A DNA stretch of 64,000 bases from Klebsormidium nitens (taxonomy: Eukaryota > Plantae > Klebsormidiophyceae), in the NCBI GenBank assembly GCA_000708835.1, contig DF237389.1, positions 12,838 through 76,837 of the forward strand. Reading direction: 5' to 3'. Of the stretch, positions 55,560-64,000 are shown one piece after another. The notes under the pieces were generated by a model. It worked only from the letters and a program-made list of their open reading frames with translations. It was not told the DNA's origin and made no database searches. Both the position numbers and the translations under genes were made by a program. Each line of letters starts with the position of its first letter. The first letter of the stretch is position 1.

Positions 55560-56820
55560 GGTTGCGCCTGCAACATAGTAAGTTGCGGGTGAATACAAGA
55601 TTTGGATTTAGTCCTTGGTCATCGCTCATTTGAGGGCACATTCATTGACGCCTAAGATTAATTCGATTGGTGCCAGGATTTTGTAGATGTCGATGGGACT
55701 GGAAAACAAGATCTTGATGGAGCTTGAGCTGTTCAATTACTAGAGTGCATCATTCTGTGAAAGTCATGCTGGCATCAGGAAGAGGAAACTCAGTCATTTG
55801 TCAATGTAGCTCCCAAAAGATTTGAATGCAAAGTCTTCAACATAACCTGTGTGGTTCCAACGAAGACGAGCAGACATGCTGGGTGTTTCTAAATATCTGA
55901 GCGCATTGCCACCTTCTGAAAAGATTGATCAGTGCAGTATGAAATAGTCTTGCCTCTGCAAATTGGGTGGGGGTTTGCCCACAAACCCATAAAGGAGAAG
56001 TAAAGGCAAGTTGGCCAGACTCACCTAGCAAATGCCACAAAAACTTGCGCTATGAAGAATGCACTTATGTTGAACGACAATGTGGTTTATAGGGAGTGTT
56101 TCCTAGAGTTGCCAGTCTGCAAACCTTCAGCTTTTGTCAAATTCAATCAAACATCAAGGAACAAGATCTTGAAGAGGCGTGGTGTTTCAAGAGAAAGTGT
56201 AGATTATGCGCCGCTGTACCCTTTCTCAGAAACTTGCAGCTCTACAATAAGCAGAAAAGTACAGGGCGAGTGACCCTATTACTCCGTCACGCGAAACGTT
56301 TGACGCTGTGCAGAACCTTCCGGCCACAGCAGCTGCAAATGCCTGCAAAACACTTCAAGTTTGTTTCAGACTTCCAATTTGCCCAACAGCTGTGGCTGGG
56401 CCTGGGCCTGGGAAGGCCTCCGGCCCCCTCACTTCGTCCCTGGATCAATGGGCTGCTCTGCCTCCGTGTCGAAAGAAAGAGTTTCGATTGAGCCACGTCG
56501 CAGCGTCAGTGCAATGTCAGCGGACTGAATCTGAATCTATGGAAATATCAAAAACTTACAGCCAATCAAAGTCGACTTAGTCATGACTCGATCATGACTC
56601 ATAGGAGGTCTTTCCTGGGCAAATCGGAACATCGCCATGTAGCAATTTGCAGCGTCTGTGGTGCTGAAACTTAAAGGCTCTCAAATTTCAATGTCATGCA
56701 GCTGTGACAACTCTAGCCTTAGGAGGACCTGATGCGCATGTTGCAGGGCTCAAGTGGCTCATCTACCACATTGGGGTAGGACGAGCTGCTGTGTTGTCGG
56801 CAAGGCCTGCACCAAGGATC

Positions 56821-59800
56821 ATGGCACTTGGGCAGCTTGCAAGGCGCCCGACTCTCCAATCAGGACTACTGAATCATGAGCTACACCAGCCTCGGCGAAT
56901 GCCCACGAACGGCATGATTGGCGCACAAGTAAATTTCCCTTGTGCCAAGCTGCCCATTGCAGTGAAAAGGGCAAGTGGGCGCTGCAATGCTGACACTTCT
57001 CTGACCGCACGGAACAAGTCCTTGGGCTCAATTGCGGTGCAGCATTTCTCCAACGGCGAAACACTACGGGCGCATGCATTGGGCGCCCCGCACTCAACCA
57101 GCAATCGCACAGTCGCACACTTCAAATCCGTTGAAAGCCCAATCTTTGGTGGGGTTAAGTTCAGCAATAGGCGAAGTCGTGGTGTCGCAGGCTGGGGCCC
57201 GGTGCAAATGAGGAAGTCCAGTCATGGGCAAGCACGCGCAGCTTCCGCAGAAAGCGCGGGGGAGAAGGCGGGCGATACGGGGACAGTGATTGTGTGGCTG
57301 AAGCGGGACTTGCGGGTAGACGACCACCCTGGATTCGCAGAGGCGCTGGCGGCTAGGGGGGCCCTTCCGGTGTATGTGTTTGACGTCGCATTGGTGAGAA
57401 GCAGACTTCATGATTTATCCCAAGGGTGTCAGCCCCATGTGCCTCCCCGGCAACATACAGTCAGCGCATGAGTGCGCACCATGCAATCCTGACAGGACAA
57501 ACCGTTGATTAGAAACGTCAGGATGACATCCTGGGTCAGGTCGCTGTGAAGACCAGTCTCCCAACACCCTTTTTGAAGCAGTCTTTAGTTATTCAGGCTT
57601 GCAGTTTTTTGCTCCTGTTGACCTTTGGGGTAAATTTGTGGCAGTGTAGAGGGGCCTAAGATTGTTCTTCTTGAAGGACATTACAATCTTCTGGGTTTAA
57701 GATGTACATGTCTTCTTTTATAATGTGGAACTTGTTTTCTCTCGAAGTCAGGGCATTCCTGTTGAGAGAATCTTATGACTCTGTACCACCATCACAAGAT
57801 TCTACCTTTGTGAAGCCTTTCTAGGGTGGCACACTTAACTAGAGCTGGCGCGAAGCAGCAGCCCCAGAAAGTCTGAAAAATGGACCCACCACTAACCCTC
57901 TCTGACTTGCAAATTGTTGTTGCCCCCATGTCAGAAAGCAATTACGTTTTTCTACAACGGCTCTGGAGAAAAGTCGGGCATGGCTGGGTGATCATTTTCC
58001 CATCAGATTGCTGTGTTATTTTCTTTCATTCTTCTGTCGAACCGACAAGAGTTGTACCTACAATCCGGTCTTGTCGAAAATTCGTCCCTCACACTCTCTC
58101 TGGAATGGGTCTTGAAAAGGACTACGGCAGAGAGGGCTGTTTCGCTTCACCCACTGCCAACACTATGTACGGAGTGCACTGAAAAGTCATAGCGCCACGT
58201 TTCCTTGACTCTATTTTCCCTAAACTGTAAATCGTTGTTTTTTACTCCCCCGCCAGCTGGCAGAGCTCCCTGAGAGTACGGTGGTTGCCATTCACGAGGG
58301 CGTCCTCGACGTGCAGCGCTCGCTCCAGAAGCTCAGAAGGTGGGGCCCTGTGTATTACGTTTTATCTGTTTCATCTCACATACTCTTACACAGAGTGCGC
58401 ACTGTCAACTGGGGAAGGGACTGCCTCTGTATCAAACGGACGACATCTAGCCTCGTATGTGCTTGCCAACTTCAAAGCCGAGCTGAATCTTGCTCTTGGG
58501 AAAGCCCCTAAGTGGAAGTATTGTTCCCGAACGCGGTAGATTCCGTCTGGCAAGATAAGAAAATAACATCAAACTTCGTAGGGTAGAGTACAAAGTCCCA
58601 GCAATTCGTCCTGGCCCTGACCTAATTCGCAAATTCTTGTGCGCTATTCCGTAGCAACTTGGCAGTGGAGGTGGGCCCCTCGCAGGAAGTGCTCCCGGCA
58701 CTGGCACAGAAGTTGGGTGCCCGCGTTGTCATTGCCGAGGACGAAGTCGAACACTCGTGGAGACAGGTGAACCTCGAAGCGCGTACCTCCTGAAGAGAAG
58801 GAGCGGAATCTTGTCGAGCACTATTTCATTCTTCGTTTCTCCTTCGTATAGCTTGAGGAAGGATCTGCTTCCGTCTTGAGCCCGAGATGCGAGTCGTTTC
58901 GGTGATAACAGGCGTGTGACAGCATCGAATACATAAGTGCGCAAAAAGGGTGACTTCCTGAAGGCGGAGTTGAGAACGCGCCCTCTTGCCTCGTCAGCTG
59001 TGGTATAGATTCTTTGCGTCACTTCCAAATATCTTTAGCATCGTCAATCCGTTCGGCAAAGCAAGTTGAGTGCGGCGCCGTGGCGACGTGAAAGACTGTC
59101 TTTGAAGACGCTCCTCTCCAGGACTTGAACCTGTCTGCGTCCAGCGTTGATCGGCTCACTTGACAGCCCAAAAAGGATTCAGTCCATTGAACCACGTGGC
59201 ATCGACCTCAAAGTTGCTCGGTTCGGAGCCCGCAGTCTTGACGGAAGCCCCTCCCTCCGGGATCCTGATCCAGTCCGAAGCCTTATAAACACCAAGGCTT
59301 ATAAGGCCCTCGATTGCATGCGGAGCTCTGTTTGTTCGTCTCCAGGTTGTGAGTGCGGTGGAGGGTGCTCTTCAGTCTGCCGGTGCCCAGCTGCGGACGT
59401 GGACGCTGCCCCTTTACTCCTTCCCCGAGGGCCGCCCCGCCCCGTCTGACTACAAACAGGTGGGCCGCCTTGTGACGTTAGAGAAGGTTGTTGCTCGTGC
59501 GATGTAACACAGGATCATGTGATGCCAAACAGCGCCTAGATATTGAAAGACTGGCGGGCTGGGTCAAAGTTACTGATCCTATGACAGATGGGGTTTGGGT
59601 TTGCATGATGGCATGAGGTTTGGTCAGCATAGGTCCGGGAAGAGACGAGAGGGCCGCATTTCCAACTCTGGAACAACCCTCAGAAGAACCTTGCTCAGAA
59701 AGCTTCGGCGGCCGCTTCTACTGTCCTTTCTCCCGCAAAGTACTAAGCAGCTCGGCTCGGATCGTGACAGTCAAGCCCTAACATTGATCCTTGCCTTGCT

Positions 59801-62800
59801 TGTGTAGTTCGTCAAGTCACGGTCCGCCCCCCTGCCCCCGCTGGACCCCCCCACCTCGCTCCCCCCACACCGAACGTACCCACATCGACGGTCGTGCCTT
59901 CCCTTGACGATCTTTTGGACCAGATCGACGACTATCGCGAGCAGTCCAATCGGGCGCCTCTCGTGGGGAGCCAGGAGGGGGGTCATGAAATCGATGCGGA
60001 CCCGGGGCAAGAAATCGAGAATCGGTATTGGGGCGATGGGCGGTACGAACTGCGCGGGGGGGAGACCGTGGCGCAGGACGCCCTCAAAGGGTACCTGCGC
60101 TTCCTGGTACGTACCTCTGCCGTAGAGTACAGTTAAGCTGAAGGCTGAGCAACGGGTCGTTTTCGGTTCGACGGTTGAAAACATACGTCAGTCCCCGCAG
60201 CGAAACTGAACTGCTGGTGCCACGTGTCAGTCTGCTCCGACAACCAACGTTCGCCGTCCCCTGTCAATCATTCGGCTGACGTCACTTTCCTTGGTAATGC
60301 AGGAGGCGACCAAGAACGAGAGCTGGTACCGCATGTACTCGCTGGTGCGCGAGCTCGAGGCGCGCCCGCTGACGTCATTCCCGGCCATCTTCGGGGAGGC
60401 GCTGGCGGCGGGGTGGCTCAGCCGGCGGCGCGTGTATGCAGAGGCGCTCCGCTACGAGAGGGACCGCTCGGGGGGGCGCCTCTCGCCCTTCGGCTTCTCC
60501 GCGCTCACCGCTGAGGTCAGCACACGTCACGCGAGAGTACCACCTGGTTCTTTGCAAGGTTCTTGGTTTCGTTCTCAGATCAATGGTGCGGGCTGGCCTG
60601 TGAGCTGCTGGTCCTTCGTACGATTCGAAGGACGCCGACGGTTGCAGGTTTAATGTCCGGACTAGGGACGATCTTTTACCCTCGCAGCACAACATGACGT
60701 GAGCGCAGGTACGAGAGAATGCCCGCGTCTGGAGCTGGCGCTTGGATCTAAACTTCGTCACCCATATTTGGCCACATCCCAAACCGACTTCTATGCATCA
60801 AATTCCTATTGCCATTGATATTACTCCGACGGCACATTGCGCCTTACAAAATAGTGATCCACGCTTCTCATAGCTCACTTTCGTTTTGGAGCCCGTTCCG
60901 CGTCCTTTTCTGTCCCTTTTGTCACGTCAGCACCACATGGCGCGCTCCCTGGATGCAGGCGGCGGTGCGGACCGCGGAGCTGGCAGACTTCCATTGGCAG
61001 CTATCTCGGGAGGGACACGTGGCGCCAGAGGAGGGCCAGACGGGGGCGCGCTGGTGGCGCTGGCGGGGTTTCCTCACGCAGTACCTGCAAAAGGGCGACC
61101 GCGGGCCGGCCGTCCTCCTCGTGTAGGTCGCCCTCCGGAAAACGTGGAAGGAGCTGATTGAAAGAAGGAAATCAAGAAGTTCACGATCGAAAGGGGTCAC
61201 CTTTTAAGAAGCAATCCAAAGGCACCTCCCGATCTGAAGCATGTTGTTGTTGATGGGTATAGAGGCGAGACGTGAGCGCGTCCAGAACGTATTCATTGAA
61301 CGGACGTACAATTGTTGCCGATGGAAAGGACTTATCAACGTTGCAACACTGTTATTAGACGTGTGTGTGGTGAGATTCCGCCTTGCTCGGGACTTAGACC
61401 GCCATTCTCCTCGGCTGGAGCAGGCACCAAAACGGGACATATCATTGACCGAGAGCCTGGCGTTGTAAAGACGAGGGTTGCGCGACACGATGATGGGCAC
61501 GAGTACGCCTCGTTCGAAGCCTTGCCCCTACTAAACGCCAGGTACTCTCTCTGTCTGAAAACGATTCGTCCTAATTGTGCAGGCACGGGTTTGGCGCGTT
61601 CAGCCAGCACTTCCACCGGAGTGTGGACCAGCTGTCGTCGGGCGAGGGCGGATGCCGCGTGTGGGCCGTCACGCTGCCCGGCTTCGGCCGCTCCGAGAAG
61701 CCCCGCCGCCGCTACTCGCAAGTGAGCACAACCTGCTCACAAGGAAGCTCACCGTTTACCACATCTTTTGCTCCATGAACCGCAATTTGACCGTTGAAAC
61801 GACCTTCCCAGGGCAGCGTTGTCAAAGGTTGCCAAAGGTGAGAGAGGGGATCCCAGATCACTTCATGAAGCTCCTCTACGAAACGTGGTGACCAAAGGCC
61901 AAAGGCGAAGTCACAAGTGGTGACGTAAAAGCATTTTGGCAGCAGGTAGTCTATGTCGCTTTGATATTTTGAGCACGCCTGCCCTTTTTATTCCCTTCCT
62001 TCACTTCTTCAGAAGGAGGTTCCCGCATTCTTCGCCTGATCATGGATCGCTTGCTGCGGTGTTGAAGCGCGGGTGTGGCTTGATGCAGTTTCCATAGAAA
62101 GAGCAAAGGGAGATCTCAGCGCGGCTGGCCCCGCTCTCTTTCGCCACACGATACCCTGCCCTCGGTTTTCAAAAAGCGTATTTATCTTGCGACGTTCACA
62201 AGCCGCGCTGGCCGTTACTTCTCCCGCTATGCCTCTGCCACAATCCCCTTTTTGCCCGGTTATTCTCACCCGGTTCTTCTCACGTGTGGCACCTCATCCC
62301 GCTTGCTTCCCTCGCAGGAGCTGTGGGCCGAGTTCCTGGCTGACTTCATTGCGAACGTCATCCGGGAGCCGGTGATCCTGGCCGGCAACTCCATCGGCGG
62401 CTATTGCTGCACCACCGTTGCGGCAGACTTCTCATACCTCGTGCGGGGCTTAGTGCTGCTCAACAGCGCGGGCCGTATCTTGCCCGGCTATACCCTCCCC
62501 CCCGCGAGCAGCCTTCCACGAAAGACCTTTGGGGACGCCCTCCCCAGCTTTGTACCGTGGGGAATTGCTCGCCTCTTGTTTGCGTATCTCGACGGGAATG
62601 TCGACAGCATTCTCCGGCGATGCTACCCCGTGCACCCGGACGCGATCGAGCGGTGGCTCGTAGAAGAGATTAAACGGGCGGCGGCGGACCCGGGCTCGGT
62701 TGACGTGTTTGAGAGCGTGTTTTACCTGCCCAAACCACGGCCGATCAACTTTCTGATCGACCGCTTTGGGGGGCCCGTGTTGGTAGTGCAAGGGCGTTTC

Positions 62801-63076
62801 GACCCGCTAAATGATGCGGTGCGGCGAGCGGAGGCGCTGCGGGCCGCATGCCCGGGGGCGGTCAGTGTCCACCTAGTCGACGCAGGGCATTGCCCCATGG
62901 ATGAGTTGTCCGGTCCGGTGAGCACGTACATTGCAAACTTCGCGAAAGCTCCCCGGGAAAAGCGGGACCCTCCTGAGGGCGAGCCTCGGCCCGACAAACG
63001 AAAGGAAGAGGAGGCAGGGGGCATCGCGGAAGTTGTTGTCGAACTAGCGGGACAGTCAAGGCCGCTAGATCGCTAA
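56821..63076 (+). CDS. Photolyase/cryptochrome N-terminal-like domain fused to a C-terminal alpha/beta hydrolase (Arabidopsis At4g25290-like); one apparent frameshift near 59861-59866
   Basis: A long transit-peptide-like leader (first in-frame ATG at 56821) precedes VIVWLKRDLRVDDHPG, AEDEVEH, LRGGETVAQDALKGYL and EALAAGWLSRRRVY. The hydrolase part reads WRWRG, PAVLLVHGFGAF, TLPGFGRSEKP, LAGNSIGGY, LVLLNSAG, VQGRFDP and AGHCPMDE. Confidence 0.88.
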
Positions 63077-63089
63077 CAGACGGGTTGCA

Positions 63090-63450
63090 AAAGTGAATCA
63101 GATTGGTACATGTACACAAGTACGTCAATAGCGCCCATGGCACTGGATGCCGGAGTTGGCCAGGTATGCGTGATTGTATCATTTGATCAATCTACTGAGT
63201 CGCATATCTATTATCATCATTCAATCCACCACGCAACGTTTTGTAGCTATGATGACCAATCCAAGGGCAGCTAGCTCTGCGCCCGGCATTAGCCGGATCA
63301 TACGGTAGGATAGAATAGTGACGTACTACAGTACCTAGGCTCATAAAGCTAAGCGTGCTGCAACGTCTGATGTTCGCCGCAAACCCCATCATGGCTTTGG
63401 AGTCGGAGTGCCTCATGCACTGATAAGTTGTCCGCTGTGTGTTCAGACAC
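63090..63450. other. Tract rich in short palindromes, downstream of the photolyase-like gene
   Basis: Dense ggtacatgtac, gtacgt, ccatgg, ttgatcaa, agctagct and gtactacagtac motifs. Confidence 0.65.
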
Positions 63451-64000
63451 ATGGTGCACCGCAAGTCCGGCGGCGCGGCCGCCTTGTCGTATGCAGGCAG
63501 GCTGAACTATCTGCAAAATTGCAGGTAAATTCAGCAATATGGCGGCACTACCGTCATGGCATTGAAGATCTTCAATCCGGGCCAAACTCACGAATTTATT
63601 GAGCTATGCAATTGGTGACCGCCAGGCCCACTGTCTTTTAGAATTTTGCGAAAGATGATATAATAGGTATGCCATATGGCCTGATCGGAGTATTTGTAGG
63701 ACGTAGTACCGGCCCGGGTGGTGGTGGTGGTGAAGTTTGAACCTACCGGACCGCCAGCACCCGTACCTGGAGCTCACTGGTCACGGTTTCCATGGTGTTC
63801 ACCGTTTCCATGGTCACTTCTTTTCATACGTACACGCTTTGCCGGCACCTGGGCCCATGGCACAGAAACAAGCAATTTCGGAGTTCGGGCTTCATCAGAA
63901 TATGGTTACTACTCTAGTTACCAAGCGGTTACTAACAACAAAGCAACATGACATGCTACCGTCTCCATCCTATGTACAATCACTCAAATATATGCAATCA

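Noticed and set aside
63718-63951. 77-aa ORF beginning in a (GGT)n run, with a short ccatgg repeat
   Set aside because: It is low complexity with no motif, and sits at the window edge where context is missing.

Overview
Intron-rich eukaryotic nuclear DNA. GT-AG introns, high-GC3 exons and clear land-plant orthologues suggest a streptophyte green alga such as Klebsormidium (inference). Eight spliced genes could be rebuilt by hand: plastid Hsp70 (-, truncated at the window start); a protein with a Bacteroidetes-type VLRF1 (Vms1/ANKZF1-like) release-factor domain (+); aconitase (-); a large glycine-rich membrane protein of the Arabidopsis At5g11700 type (-); DPH7/WDR85 (-); RPL10a/uL1 (+); a plastid alpha/beta hydrolase (-); and a photolyase-like/alpha-beta hydrolase fusion (+). 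Most entries in the ORF track are antisense or intronic noise. The main unexplained structure is 'splice-junction echoes': at least eight introns hold tandem, progressively decayed copies of the neighbouring exon end plus its splice site, many with GT or AG intact. Other points of interest are tracts very rich in short palindromes downstream of gene 3' ends, a TA-flanked MITE, a CAC-ended element, a candidate intronic C/D snoRNA in RPL10a, and two apparent -1 frameshifts in G/C homopolymer runs (most likely assembly errors). All alignments were done by eye and family assignments come from recalled motifs; no database searches were run.
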